A stretch of 64,000 bases of DNA from Candidatus Borrarchaeum weybense (GCA_019057385.1 JAHQJS010000005.1:128699-192698); one strand, 5' to 3'; numbered from the stretch's first letter, positions 32,078 through 42,920 are shown. Numbers and translations: made by a program. Notes: generated from the sequence alone by a model not told the origin.

Positions 32078-33244
32078 CTAAAGGGTGAAGAAGAAAGTTG
32101 CACCTTTTCCCACTTCGCCTTCAGCCCAGACTCGGCCGCCATGCCGATGAATGATGCGTTTCACCGTAGCTAGACCAATGCCAATTCCCGAGAACTCATC
32201 TGCCGAGTGAAGACGCCGAAAGGCACTAAATAATTTATCAGCGTACGCCTTATCGAATCCAGCACCATTATCTCGTACAAAATACACCCTTTTTCCCTTG
32301 GGCTTCGTAACACCAAATTCTATCTTTGCGTGTTGCTGCTTTCCCGTGAACTTCCAAGCATTTCCAAGAAGATTCTCAAGTACTAACTGAAGAAGCCGCG
32401 AATCACCAGTAACTATCAGCCCTGGTGTGATGGTAAAATTCACCTGCCTCTCCGGTTGTCTCTCTTGAAGTTCGGTCACGATTTTCTGTGCCATTTCACT
32501 CAGATCGACTTGCTTAAGGCGTATCTCGCTTCGTATCACCCGAGACAGTTCAAGCAACGCATCAATGATTTCAGCCATGCGTTGGGTTGCTATACGCACA
32601 CGCTGGAGATAATCTTTACCTTGTGTATTCAGGTTTTCAGCGTAATCTTCCAATAGCGCTTGACTGAAACCGTCAATACTCCTAAGTGGAGCACGCAGAT
32701 CGTGCGAGACAGAATAACTGAAGGACTCCAGTTCTTTGTTAAGGGCCTCCAGTTCAACAGTCTTTCGTTTCAAGTCCTCCTCTAATTGTTTTCGGTCCGT
32801 GATATCCTTAACTATTTCCAACATAGCTACGATATTTCCTTCTGCATCTCTTACAGGAGAACTTGAAAGGAGATTATGACGCAGTTTTCCATTAGGCATT
32901 ACAATAGGCCGTTCCGCAAAAAGCATTTTTCCTTCATTAAAAACTGTTTCGATATAACAATCAGAACATGGCTCAGTTGATCTTTTATACACTTCATAAC
33001 ACTTCTTTCCGATGACATCTCCATAAAGATCTATTATTGGTTGATTTACCCAGATGATGTCGAAATTCTTATTTTGGACAGTGATGAGATCACCAATTCC
33101 TGTTAAAATAGCTCTGAGTTTTTCTTCCGATTCTATCAAAATCTTTGTTCTTTCCTCAACGAGCGGTTCCATATTTTTTGCATTATTTTTTTTCAGTTCC
33201 TCATCCCGAGTAGGATCGTTGATGTCTTGATTCTGATCTGACAT
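32078..33244 (-). CDS. PAS-domain sensor histidine kinase
   Basis: SHDLRAPLRSI H-box, NLLGNAWKF N-box, DNGAGF, GIGIGL; PAS with DITDRK. Confidence 0.93.
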   Translation of the reverse strand: MSDQNQDINDPTRDEELKKNNAKNMEPLVEERTKILIESEEKLRAILTGIGDLITVQNKNFDIIWVNQPIIDLYGDVIGKKCYEVYKRSTEPCSDCYIETVFNEGKMLFAERPIVMPNGKLRHNLLSSSPVRDAEGNIVAMLEIVKDITDRKQLEEDLKRKTVELEALNKELESFSYSVSHDLRAPLRSIDGFSQALLEDYAENLNTQGKDYLQRVRIATQRMAEIIDALLELSRVIRSEIRLKQVDLSEMAQKIVTELQERQPERQVNFTITPGLIVTGDSRLLQLVLENLLGNAWKFTGKQQHAKIEFGVTKPKGKRVYFVRDNGAGFDKAYADKLFSAFRRLHSADEFSGIGIGLATVKRIIHRHGGRVWAEGEVGKGATFFFTL

Positions 33245-33486
33245 ATCTTAAACCTCCTCCTAAATCTGAAATATGGATTTGGAAAGTCACCTTGTCATAA
33301 TGCAATAATATATTGATGTTTATCAACATATTATTTGCCAAATAACTATATATAAGTAGTTATATTTATAGTTTTTGCAAGATTTTACTTTACAAAAGTA
33401 AAAATACTCAATACTATGAAATCGCATACTCCCAGGAGTTCTAGGATATACAGTAACTAGTTAAATACTAAAAAAGCCAAAAAAAG

Positions 33487-34146
33487 TTAAAGGTCTAATG
33501 CTGCAATCAGGGAATCAACGCCCTCTTCGGTTTTTGCGCTAGTCTTGATTACCTTTATTTCTGGGTTGATTGTAAGAGCGTCACTCACCATTTCTTCTAC
33601 ATTTGCTTCTACTATCTCTGCTAAGTCCATTTTGTTAATAACCGCTACTTCTGAAAGCTTAAAGAGCAAAGGATGTTTTCGAACGACATGATTTCCTTCA
33701 GTTACACTAACAACAGTAATTCGTGCATGTGCGCCCAGTATGAAGTCTGAAGGACAGATGAGATTACCTACATTTTCAATGATGAGTAAATCCAAATTAT
33801 CTAAATCAAGATCCTTAGCAACATCTCGAACGAAGCTTGCTGTCAACGCACATTCAGATGCGGTTTCAATCTGGATAGCTTGGACACCATGACTTCTAAT
33901 ACGAGTGGAATCAACGTCCGTTGCCATATCTCCTGCAATTGCTGCGATTTTGTACTTCGATTTAATTTTATCGATTAAAAGCTCTATAAGAGCCGTCTTT
34001 CCAGCACCAATTGCCCCAACCACATCAAGAACACGAATGCCCTTTTCATCAAATAACGCTCTATTTTGAGCAGCAATTCTATTATTTGCTGCAATCAAAC
34101 TTGCCTCAGCATCAGCAATTGAGATGCTTATTTCATGTTCGCCCAT
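33487..34146 (-). CDS. hypB: Hydrogenase maturation GTPase HypB
   Basis: GAIGAGKT, IENVGNLICP, SVTEG, INKMDL. Confidence 0.93.
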   Translation of the reverse strand: MGEHEISISIADAEASLIAANNRIAAQNRALFDEKGIRVLDVVGAIGAGKTALIELLIDKIKSKYKIAAIAGDMATDVDSTRIRSHGVQAIQIETASECALTASFVRDVAKDLDLDNLDLLIIENVGNLICPSDFILGAHARITVVSVTEGNHVVRKHPLLFKLSEVAVINKMDLAEIVEANVEEMVSDALTINPEIKVIKTSAKTEEGVDSLIAALDL

Positions 34147-34248
34147 CTAAAGTTTCACCTTCTTGTAACTGATAAAATCTATTTTCATCATTATACATTT
34201 CCAAATACTCAAAGTTTTCTCTAAAAACTGTTCGGTAGCGGCGAGATT

Positions 34249-35469
34249 ATGATTTTTTTTGGGAATTATATAGTCGTATCAATAATTTATTGCATAACCT
34301 TTTTGAAAATTGCACAAATCAAGAACGAATCAAAGGTGATCTTCATGAAATTTAAGCCCTTTGAGTTGGAACGATGGTTTGTTAAATACGAACATGATTG
34401 TGAGATCATGATGGGCGAGAGTGGAGTTAAACCGCTCACACTTAAAGAACTATTGGATTTGACTGGTAATTCTATCGATAAAGTTTTAGACACAAAACTA
34501 GGCTATGGTTGGAGTAATGGACTACCTAAGTTAAGGGAATTAATTGCTGAAGAATATGAGGAGTTAGATACAAATCACATTGTTGTAACAAATGGAGCGA
34601 TAGAAGCAAATTTTATCATCTCTTACACACTTCTTGAGCCAAATTCTGAGGTTGTTACCTTTTTTCCAACATACGCGCAGCTTTGGCAAGTAGGAGAAAA
34701 TTTGGGAGCCCGTGTAAAGAAATTGAGATTACTCATGGATAACAAGTACAAGCCAAATATTGACCAGTTAGCGGGTATGATTAGTGAAAACACCGATCTG
34801 ATAATAATAAACTATCCAAACAATCCTTCTGGAGCCTGCATCGAAAAAACAGACTTGGAAGAAATATGCGCGCTTGCAGAGCAATATAACATCCCAGTTC
34901 TTTCGGATGAGATTTACAGAGGTTTAGAATATAAAACTACAGATCGTGCCCCTCCTGCTGCTGATTTATATGAAAATGCCATTAGTGTAGCAGGGCTGTC
35001 TAAGGTTTACGGACTGCCAGGCCTAAGGATTGGTTGGCTCGCTTGCCAGAACAAAGAACTCCTTAAAAGAATTTGGTCATTTCGAGACTTCACCTCAATC
35101 TGCAATGGTGTTTTAAACGAAAAAGTGGCTGAAATAGCTCTAAAAAGCCGTGAAATTCTCCTCGAACGGGGGCGCAAGATAGCTGTTAAGAATTTTGAGA
35201 TATTGAAACAGTGGGTTGACGATCATAGCGATGTAATTTCATGGGTTCCCCCTAAGGCTGCTGTATTGACTATGCTTATGTATCACTTCGACATGGATTC
35301 TGAAACATTCTGTAAAGGGCTGGCTGAAGAACAAAGCGTATTTACTGCGCCAGGATCCTGTTTTGAAACTGAAAAGCAATTTAGAGTAGGTTTTGGATAT
35401 GATACCGAAAGGCTTAAAGAAGGCTTGAAGAGACTTGGCGAGTATATCGCTTCATTAAAAGAACAATAA
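34249..35469 (+). CDS. PLP-dependent aminotransferase class I/II
   Basis: NYPNNPSG, DEIYRGL, LSKVYGLPGLRIGW; true start probably MKFKPF. Confidence 0.92.
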   Translation: MIFFGNYIVVSIIYCITFLKIAQIKNESKVIFMKFKPFELERWFVKYEHDCEIMMGESGVKPLTLKELLDLTGNSIDKVLDTKLGYGWSNGLPKLRELIAEEYEELDTNHIVVTNGAIEANFIISYTLLEPNSEVVTFFPTYAQLWQVGENLGARVKKLRLLMDNKYKPNIDQLAGMISENTDLIIINYPNNPSGACIEKTDLEEICALAEQYNIPVLSDEIYRGLEYKTTDRAPPAADLYENAISVAGLSKVYGLPGLRIGWLACQNKELLKRIWSFRDFTSICNGVLNEKVAEIALKSREILLERGRKIAVKNFEILKQWVDDHSDVISWVPPKAAVLTMLMYHFDMDSETFCKGLAEEQSVFTAPGSCFETEKQFRVGFGYDTERLKEGLKRLGEYIASLKEQ

Positions 35470-35488
35470 TGTTGAAAGAAAAAAGAGG

Positions 35489-36841
35489 ATGAAAAATATG
35501 GTAACTACTGAAGTTGGTGATACTTTTGAAGTACGTGATCTTTCACTTGCAGAAGAAGGAAAAAACCTCATCGAATGGGCAGAATTACACATGCCGGTGC
35601 TTCGAAAAATTCGTGAACGTTTTATAAAGGAAAAACCTCTCCAAGACGTTCGAGTCGGTTGCTGTCTTCATATCACAAAAGAAACGGCAGTTTTAGGACA
35701 AACACTTAAAGCTGGAGGTGCAAAAGTTTTCCTCTGTGCATCAAATCCTTTAAGCACTACTGATGAAGTAGCTGCTGCATTAGCAGAAGAAGATGGCATT
35801 CACGTGTACGCGTGGAAATTTATGGATACTGAAGGTTACTACAGATCGATTTCCAATGTTATCAAGAATGAGCCCCACATTAGTGTTGATGACGGTGCCG
35901 ACCTAGTTGGAATCTTGCATAAAATGAAAAGAGGAGAACAAGCCCCAGAGGTAGATATAGTAAAAAAGGTGTTAGGGGAAAGAATAGATTGGATTGATAA
36001 TGTGTGGGCTGGTGCAGAAGAAACAACCACAGGTGTAATACGCCTTAGAGCGATGGCAGCGGACGGTGCAATGCTTTATCCTATTCTTGCAACAAATGAT
36101 ACTCCAACAAAGTGGGATTATGATAATTATATCGGCACAGGTCAGAGCACAATTGACGGTGTTTTGAGAGCTACAGCAGATTTACTAGCTGGAAAGGTCT
36201 TTGTGGTTGCAGGGTATGGACGTTGTGGACGAGGAATAGCGATGAGAGCAAAGGGCATGGGCGCAAGACGTGTCATAATAGTAGAAGTAAAACCGCATAA
36301 GGTACTTACTGCCGCCCTTGAAGGCATGGATGTTATGCCAATAAAAGAGGCTGCTAAAGTAGGAGATATCTTTGTAACAGCAACAGGTTGCAAGAACGTA
36401 ATTGCACGGGAACATATGGAATTAATGAAAGATGGCGCAGTTCTAGCGAACTCTGGACACTTCAACGTGGAGATCGAAATACCTGCGCTTGAAGAAATTG
36501 CTGTGGAAAAGAAAGAAATCCGCCCTCTTGTGAATCAGTATACATTAAAAGATGGTAGGAGGATTTTTCTATTAGCTGACGGACGACTCGTCAACCTGGC
36601 TGCTGCGGAAGGACATCCATCTGAAGTTATGGACATGAGTTTTTCTGATCAAGCACTAGCGGTTGAGTGGATTTGCAAGAATAAAGATGACCTTAAAAAC
36701 AGAGGCGGAGTCGTTATTGACATTCCAAAAGAAATCGACAATCAAGTTGCTCAACTAAAGTGTGAAGTAATGGGTCTAAAGTATGATCTACTAACGCAAG
36801 AGCAAGATAAGTATCTAAAAAGTTGGGACGAAGGTACATAG
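35489..36841 (+). CDS. ahcY: Adenosylhomocysteinase
   Basis: LHITKET, SNPLST, DDGAD, EETTTG, GRLVNLAAAEGHP. Confidence 0.97.
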   Translation: MKNMVTTEVGDTFEVRDLSLAEEGKNLIEWAELHMPVLRKIRERFIKEKPLQDVRVGCCLHITKETAVLGQTLKAGGAKVFLCASNPLSTTDEVAAALAEEDGIHVYAWKFMDTEGYYRSISNVIKNEPHISVDDGADLVGILHKMKRGEQAPEVDIVKKVLGERIDWIDNVWAGAEETTTGVIRLRAMAADGAMLYPILATNDTPTKWDYDNYIGTGQSTIDGVLRATADLLAGKVFVVAGYGRCGRGIAMRAKGMGARRVIIVEVKPHKVLTAALEGMDVMPIKEAAKVGDIFVTATGCKNVIAREHMELMKDGAVLANSGHFNVEIEIPALEEIAVEKKEIRPLVNQYTLKDGRRIFLLADGRLVNLAAAEGHPSEVMDMSFSDQALAVEWICKNKDDLKNRGGVVIDIPKEIDNQVAQLKCEVMGLKYDLLTQEQDKYLKSWDEGT

Positions 36842-36878
36842 TGATTGCTTGTAACACCTCACACCTTCTTTTTCAATT

Positions 36879-38954
36879 TTAAGTTATTTTTGAACCTGGA
36901 CGAAGAGGCCGATCAACTATTAGAAGGCCTAAAGCACCTGTTTGCGGATCTTCTGCTGCTAAGAGCATTCCATTAGATTTTAGGCCACGGATTTCTGCCG
37001 GTTTAAGATTAACTAGTACTATAATCTGTTTATTCACTAATTCTTCTGGTTTATAGTAGCCGATTAGTGATGAGACAATTTGCCGCGTTCCAAGCTCGGC
37101 ACCTAGATCTACTTCCATGCGAATTAATTTTTCAGTACCTTCAACATGCTCTGCCACAACAACTTTTCCCACACGCATATCTAATGTTTTGAAGTCATCA
37201 AACGTAATGAGTGGAGTGGGTTCAGAAGGTTCAGATGGTTCAACTAGTGTTGCTTTTAACTTTTCTTCTTGAGCCTTTATTATTTTGTCATCTATCTTGG
37301 CGAACAGGGGTTCAGGATCATCTACGATTTTATGCCCTGCTGAAAATCCTTCAAGGGCTGCGTCCCAGGTCTGTTCGTGCACAGAATTCTCAAAACCCAG
37401 GGATTTCCACAATCTTTCTGCTACAAAAGGTAAGTATGGCTCCATAAAAATAGCAAGTGCTCTAACTACTTTTGCACACACACCAAGCGTAGTTTTTGCC
37501 TTTTCTGGTGCCTCTTTTATCGCTTTCCATGGGGCTTTATCATTAAAGTATTTATTGCACTTATGCATGAAGTCCATGATGCTTGTTAAACCAGTACGGA
37601 GTTCAAAAGACTCTATACTTTTTTCAATATTCTTTTGTAGTTCACCAAGATGTTCTAAAAACTTGTTATCGGCTTCATCGAGATCATTGATTTCTTGGAC
37701 TACACTGTCAAAGAAGCGATTGGTAAAAGTAAGCGTTCTGTGAATGAAATTTCCGAGGTCTGAAACTAGTTCATTATTTACTTTTGTTTGATACTCTTTC
37801 CATTTGAAGTCCGCATCTTCAAGGAGATTAGAGTAACTTATCCAGTAATATCGTAAGGTGTCAGGATCAAAGTTGTCGAGGAATTCAGTGAGTCCGACGT
37901 ACCAGCCTCTACCTTTGGACATTTTGCGCCCCTCAAGATTTCCATATCCATATGTAGGAATTTTGGTAGGTACGCGATGGCCAGATCCCATAAGTTCAGT
38001 AGGCCAGAAAAGCGCATGATGGTACACTATTCCTTTTCCAATAAAATGAATTAATTCAGTATCTTTTTCCTCTGCAAGATCCTTTAGCCAAAATTCTTTC
38101 CATTTCGATTCATCTTTCGCTTCTTCGATTGCCCACTCGATTGTAGAAGTCTTGTAACCAAGAAAAGCGTCAAACCAGACATAAATGACCTTTCCTTCAG
38201 CATCATCGAGGGGAACGGGAACACCCCAGTCTAAATCACGAGTTATACAGATATCTTCCAAGCCAGGTTCAAGATATTGCCCAATTAAATATTCCTTACC
38301 GTAAACTGGGAGCACATCTTCCTCTTCTAGCCATGTTCTTAATTTTTCTGCAAAATTTGAAAGTTTGAGATACCAGTGTTTGCTTACTTCAATTATTGTC
38401 GGAGATCCACACAATTTGCAATGTGGATAAAGTAATTCTCCCTCATGGAGAGCTCGACCACAACTGTCACATTCATCTCCTCGTGCGTGATCAAACCCGC
38501 AATAAGGACATTTTCCTTCTACATATCTATCTGGCAAGAATCTCTTATCATTAGGGCAATAGGGGAGCGAAAGGTCTTTCTCATAGATGTGTCCGGCTTC
38601 ATGTAGTTTTAAAAAAACGTCTTGAGTGTTTTCATAATGTAGTTTTCTACTTGTTCTTGAGAAATTATCAAAAGAAATGCCAAGGCGCTTGAAATCATTC
38701 ACATCTTGCTCATAGTATTTCGTAGCCACCTCAATTGGCGTAACGCCCTCTTCCTCAGCCCGTATACTAATAGGTGTACCATGTTCGTCAGTGCCACTTA
38801 CAAACACTATCTCATGACCCTTTAATCTGCAATAACGAACATAAATATCTCCAGGGATATATGTACTCCGTGCATGAGCTATATGCAACTCAGAATTAGC
38901 GTATGGGAGAGCGCATGTCACGAGAATCTTTCTTTTTTTCATTGCCACCACCAC
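36879..38954 (-). CDS. metG: Methionyl-tRNA synthetase with C-terminal tRNA-binding domain
   Basis: ALPYAN, GTDEHG, Zn knuckles, YVWFDA, KMSKG. Confidence 0.97.
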   Translation of the reverse strand: MVVAMKKRKILVTCALPYANSELHIAHARSTYIPGDIYVRYCRLKGHEIVFVSGTDEHGTPISIRAEEEGVTPIEVATKYYEQDVNDFKRLGISFDNFSRTSRKLHYENTQDVFLKLHEAGHIYEKDLSLPYCPNDKRFLPDRYVEGKCPYCGFDHARGDECDSCGRALHEGELLYPHCKLCGSPTIIEVSKHWYLKLSNFAEKLRTWLEEEDVLPVYGKEYLIGQYLEPGLEDICITRDLDWGVPVPLDDAEGKVIYVWFDAFLGYKTSTIEWAIEEAKDESKWKEFWLKDLAEEKDTELIHFIGKGIVYHHALFWPTELMGSGHRVPTKIPTYGYGNLEGRKMSKGRGWYVGLTEFLDNFDPDTLRYYWISYSNLLEDADFKWKEYQTKVNNELVSDLGNFIHRTLTFTNRFFDSVVQEINDLDEADNKFLEHLGELQKNIEKSIESFELRTGLTSIMDFMHKCNKYFNDKAPWKAIKEAPEKAKTTLGVCAKVVRALAIFMEPYLPFVAERLWKSLGFENSVHEQTWDAALEGFSAGHKIVDDPEPLFAKIDDKIIKAQEEKLKATLVEPSEPSEPTPLITFDDFKTLDMRVGKVVVAEHVEGTEKLIRMEVDLGAELGTRQIVSSLIGYYKPEELVNKQIIVLVNLKPAEIRGLKSNGMLLAAEDPQTGALGLLIVDRPLRPGSKIT

Positions 38955-39214
38955 AAGCCCCGTTCACTTATAACGAGGTTCTTGACTTACTTAATCTTTT
39001 TAATAGGTTTCAATAGGTACTATAACCGTAGATTAGACTTTTCATAAGATTCTTATCGCTTTATATCTATTGTGCATATAATAGTTGTGTTTAGAGTTCT
39101 ATTGAGAGGACTTTAGTTTGATGCATCTTGAATTCCTTAAAGAAGAAATTAGTATAAACTTAGAATACTGAATGGTTATCATTAACTACACTTTCAAACT
39201 CGGGGCACTAAATA

Positions 39215-39901
39215 ATGGGATATCCACCACGTACACTTAAATCCAAAGTTCGCCTGAAAAGAGCTCTTCTTAGTTGTTATAACAAAACTGGACTCGAAGG
39301 ACTTGCAACAGTCCTTTCAAAAGAAGCAAATATCGAATTAATAGCATCTGGAGGTACAGCAAAACACCTGAAGATTGCAGGCATGAAGGTAACATCAGTA
39401 GAAAAAATAACAAGTTTTCCAGAAATGCCTGGAGAACTAGTGAAAACAATTCACCCGATAATACACGCAGCGATTCTGGCAGAAATACCCACTTCAGGCG
39501 AATTGACAGAAAAAATAAATCCAGAACAATTGCAGTTTCTGGAAGCCCATGAAATCAAACCTATAGATTTAGTAGTTTGTAGTCTTTATCCTTTCAAGGA
39601 AACTGTCATAAAACAAAGTTCGATAGAAACTTGCCGAAGCCAAATTGATATAGGTGGCTCTGTGCTAATAAGAGCGGCTGCGAAAAATTATCCTCGCGTA
39701 GCAGTTCTTACAAACTCAGATCAGTACGAACATTTTCTAAGGCAGATCGAAAAGCAAGATTGGTGCACCACATTCGAACAAAGAATTGAACTTGCTAAAC
39801 AAGCATTTCAAGTAATCGCAGAATATGAGTATCAAATCGCAAAGTTTATGGAAAATGTAAATCAAAATTTAGATCGTTCAAAACAATTCTATCTAATATA
39901 A
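39215..39901 (+). CDS. IMP cyclohydrolase domain of PurH (stand-alone)
   Basis: RALLS..KTGL, ASGGTA, VKTIHP, IDIGG..LIRAAAKN; no transformylase domain. Confidence 0.85.
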   Translation: MGYPPRTLKSKVRLKRALLSCYNKTGLEGLATVLSKEANIELIASGGTAKHLKIAGMKVTSVEKITSFPEMPGELVKTIHPIIHAAILAEIPTSGELTEKINPEQLQFLEAHEIKPIDLVVCSLYPFKETVIKQSSIETCRSQIDIGGSVLIRAAAKNYPRVAVLTNSDQYEHFLRQIEKQDWCTTFEQRIELAKQAFQVIAEYEYQIAKFMENVNQNLDRSKQFYLI

Positions 39902-40031
39902 AAAAAGAAATAATCAATATTTAGTGAATTCCCAAAAGAGAAAAAATCTTGGAAAACTAAGCGAACTAATAATAATATTCAATTGGTCCTCAAGCTTGCA
40001 CTGGGGCTTGAGTTATTAGCAGACTAGTGAT

Positions 40032-41399
40032 AGGTAACTAAGCAAGAAAGCCCATTCCTTCAGGGGTGGGATGAATTGTGGCAGTGTTCTTTTTCACTTT
40101 TATCACGTTCATCATGGTCTCCCTAATCGTTAAATAGTTCTGGTGGCTCTCTTAGTTATTACCAGAGGCTTCAACCTTGAGAAGGTCTAATACCTTTAAG
40201 TTATGTCCCACCAAAGAACAAGAGCAGGAGTTATTCAGGCGAGCGAATGCCTGTGCCTGCATGTGGAATCAGCTCAGCTACCAAAGACGGCAATCATTTT
40301 TCAACGGACAGATGGATTGGAATACTGATGACGCCTATCACCACTACAAGAAACTAATCGGTTCTGCTAGTGCCCAACAAATCATCCGAAAGAACAATGA
40401 GGCGTGGAAGTCCTTTTTTGCCTTATTAAAGCAAAAGAAGGCGAGGATACTCCCGTCTCATATCCATAGAATCCGACCTCCAGGCTATTGGAAGGATAGA
40501 CGCACAGGGAAGCGAAAACTCAAATATTTAGTACGTTGTGACAATTATTGCTTAAGCATCACGAAGCTAACACTTCCATTCAAATTGAAGTTGAAATGGA
40601 AGGGTAGTAACAAGTGGCGGGGCAAACAAGGGAGACTGGAAATTAGTTATGATGAACTCACAGGTCAGTGGTATGCCTTCATGCCGGTGGAGGTTGAGCC
40701 TCCACATCAGCCACAAGGAACAAAGAAGGCCTATGTTGATCTGGGAGTGAAAGTACCAATTATGGCAATGATAGACGACACTACGCAGGTGTTTGGCTAT
40801 CGAGCAAATTCTATATTGGCAGAGTGGTGGTACTGGAATTACAAACTAGCTAAACACGAATCGCTCTTGAAAACCACCAACGATGCACATACTTCTAAAG
40901 AGTTACGTTGGTTATACCGAAAGCGGAAGCGGAGATTTAGGGATGTGATAAACAAAGTAGTGAATGACTTTGTAGTGCGCTGTTGGTCACAAGGCGTATC
41001 AGAAATAGTATTAGGTGAGCTCACCAACATACGTGACTCAGCTCAATTCTCTAAGAAGTTGAACTCTATGATCCATCTGTTCTGGAGTCATCGCTATCTG
41101 GTGACACGCATCAAGGAAAAAGCCGAGGAATATGGTATCACCGTAAGGGAAATAGATGAACAAGGGACCTCCTCAGTATGTCCTCGATGTGCTGCTAAAA
41201 GAGTAGTACGGAAGGGTAGATTGTTCAATTGTCTACGGTGCAGACTTGAAGCCCATCGAGACGCCGTAGGTTGTGTCAATATAAGGCTCGCTCAGGGAGA
41301 CCATCTCGCTGCGGGAGTCATTAACAGGGCGGTGGCACGCCCCTCATTTCTCACCATAGAAGTGTAGAACCCCACTGCTTTAACTGTGGGAGTATGTCA
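40032..41399 (+). mobile_element. IS200/IS605-family element encoding TnpB only
   Basis: Left end AGGTAACTAAGCAAGAA-hairpin-GATGAATT after GTGAT; right-end hairpin ending GTCA; removal gives lysE a stop (..YQVHH*). Confidence 0.85.
40177..41367 (+). CDS. tnpB: TnpB RNA-guided endonuclease
   Basis: N-terminal KLCPTKEQ, RuvC-I YVDLG, RuvC-II VLGEL, TSSVCPRC..CLRC Zn finger, RuvC-III HRDAVGCVNI. Confidence 0.95.
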   Translation: MRRSNTFKLCPTKEQEQELFRRANACACMWNQLSYQRRQSFFNGQMDWNTDDAYHHYKKLIGSASAQQIIRKNNEAWKSFFALLKQKKARILPSHIHRIRPPGYWKDRRTGKRKLKYLVRCDNYCLSITKLTLPFKLKLKWKGSNKWRGKQGRLEISYDELTGQWYAFMPVEVEPPHQPQGTKKAYVDLGVKVPIMAMIDDTTQVFGYRANSILAEWWYWNYKLAKHESLLKTTNDAHTSKELRWLYRKRKRRFRDVINKVVNDFVVRCWSQGVSEIVLGELTNIRDSAQFSKKLNSMIHLFWSHRYLVTRIKEKAEEYGITVREIDEQGTSSVCPRCAAKRVVRKGRLFNCLRCRLEAHRDAVGCVNIRLAQGDHLAAGVINRAVARPSFLTIEV

Positions 41400-42027
41400 G
41401 TACTTGGTATCCAAACCATATTCCAAATCCGATGAGAATTATGCCACAAACAAGAGAAACGTATTTTAGAAATTTACCACCAACTCGTTTTCCTCCCTTT
41501 CCTAAAACTAAAGCAAGGACGAAAAACCAGAGAACGACTCCTACAACAACAAAGAAACTGTAGAAAAGGGCACTCAATTGAGTGACTCCGCCGATTACTG
41601 AGGAAAGGTAGGATCCAAATATACCAATCCAAAAAATAATGGTAATCGGGTTAGCGACTGTGATTAAATACCCTGCTGGAAATGACCATCGTATTGACAT
41701 TTTTGCAGAGTTATCTTCCTCTTTCGACTGTGGATCAATACCTTTAAACTGGATAAAATCTTTGATTGCTATAAAACCCAAGTAGACCAAGATTATACAT
41801 CCGAAAACCCAGATCACTATTTTAGCAAGAGGGTACAGAAAAAGAACAGAGAGCCCAAAAAATACGATTAATAGGTACGTTGAGTCCGCGGCTGCAGCCC
41901 CTAAGCCCGTCAAAAATCCGTGATAAAATCCATTTACGCCGCGCTTGATAACCTCCGTTGTTGTTGGGCCAACGGGAGCGGCTAAGGATATCCCTATAAG
42001 AATAGCAATGAGGATTTCCACAATCAT
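41380..42027 (-). CDS. LysE/RhtB family exporter
   Basis: GISLAAPVGP, GLGAAAAD, NPITIIFW; several TM segments. Confidence 0.9.
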   Translation of the reverse strand: MIVEILIAILIGISLAAPVGPTTTEVIKRGVNGFYHGFLTGLGAAAADSTYLLIVFFGLSVLFLYPLAKIVIWVFGCIILVYLGFIAIKDFIQFKGIDPQSKEEDNSAKMSIRWSFPAGYLITVANPITIIFWIGIFGSYLSSVIGGVTQLSALFYSFFVVVGVVLWFFVLALVLGKGGKRVGGKFLKYVSLVCGIILIGFGIWFGYQVLTYSHS

Positions 42028-42177
42028 ATTTGGCTATTTAATGCGATTTTTTAAAAACCTTTACTTTGTAGCGAAACACCATCAGTTTTTAGAGTTTATA
42101 AGTTTGAACCTACTAGAACTATGTTTAAGTATTGTTTTTTCTTAAGGTTTTAAAAAGAGAAAACGAGGCGTATTAAA

Positions 42178-42558
42178 ATGAAAAAAGAAGTAGTAGTTTC
42201 CGATAAGATTCCAAAGCCAATTGCACCTTATAGTCCAGGCATAAAAGCAGGCAATTTCATTTTCGCATCGGGGCACGTTGCGTTGGATCCCTTAACTGGA
42301 GAAATTGTAGGCGATACAATAGCCGAACAAACAGAACAAGCGTTGAAGAATCTAAGAGACGTTATTGAGGCTGCTGGAAGTTCTTTAGAGCATGTAGTAA
42401 AAACTACAGTCTTTTTAAGCGACATGAATGATTTCAAAGAGATGAATGCCGTGTACGGCAAATTCTTTCAAAATAATCCTCCAGCGCGAAGTACAGTTCA
42501 AGTAGGTCTTGTTCTAGGATTTAAAGTTGAGATTGAAGCGATTGCTATAATCCCATAG
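42178..42558 (+). CDS. ridA: RidA family enamine/imine deaminase
   Basis: PYSPG, VVKTTVFL, NAVY, PARSTVQV, VEIEAIA. Confidence 0.95.
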   Translation: MKKEVVVSDKIPKPIAPYSPGIKAGNFIFASGHVALDPLTGEIVGDTIAEQTEQALKNLRDVIEAAGSSLEHVVKTTVFLSDMNDFKEMNAVYGKFFQNNPPARSTVQVGLVLGFKVEIEAIAIIP

Positions 42559-42920
42559 ACTGCTTTTTGCTCAATATAATAAGATCCAACATTCCTTTCT
42601 TTTTTACCGCTTCGACAGCATAATTTGCTTAATTCGGAAGTTTTTAGAAGATTAGAAAGAACCCAATGTACCCTGTGAGGTGTGTATACTGTCGAAGGAA
42701 AATGAATCATGTTCTTTTAGAGGATGAGGAGCTAGTCCTTGGACCTGGGTTATAGTTTTAGCAGTCCTAGGATTGCTTACTCTCTTGTCGTTTTTGACAT
42801 AAAAAAATCTCAAGAATAAATAGAATGAAAAGGCCTCTAAAACGCGGGGGGCTTTGGACGGCGGGTGCAACTCGCCTTTTAATTCGCTGAGATGAAAAGA
42901 AAAAGGAGAAAAAAGAACTT

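Noticed and set aside
42845-42878. tRNA/tmRNA T-arm-like GGCGGGTGCAACTCGCC
   Set aside because: No acceptor stem, CCA or tag frame; kept only as a hairpin
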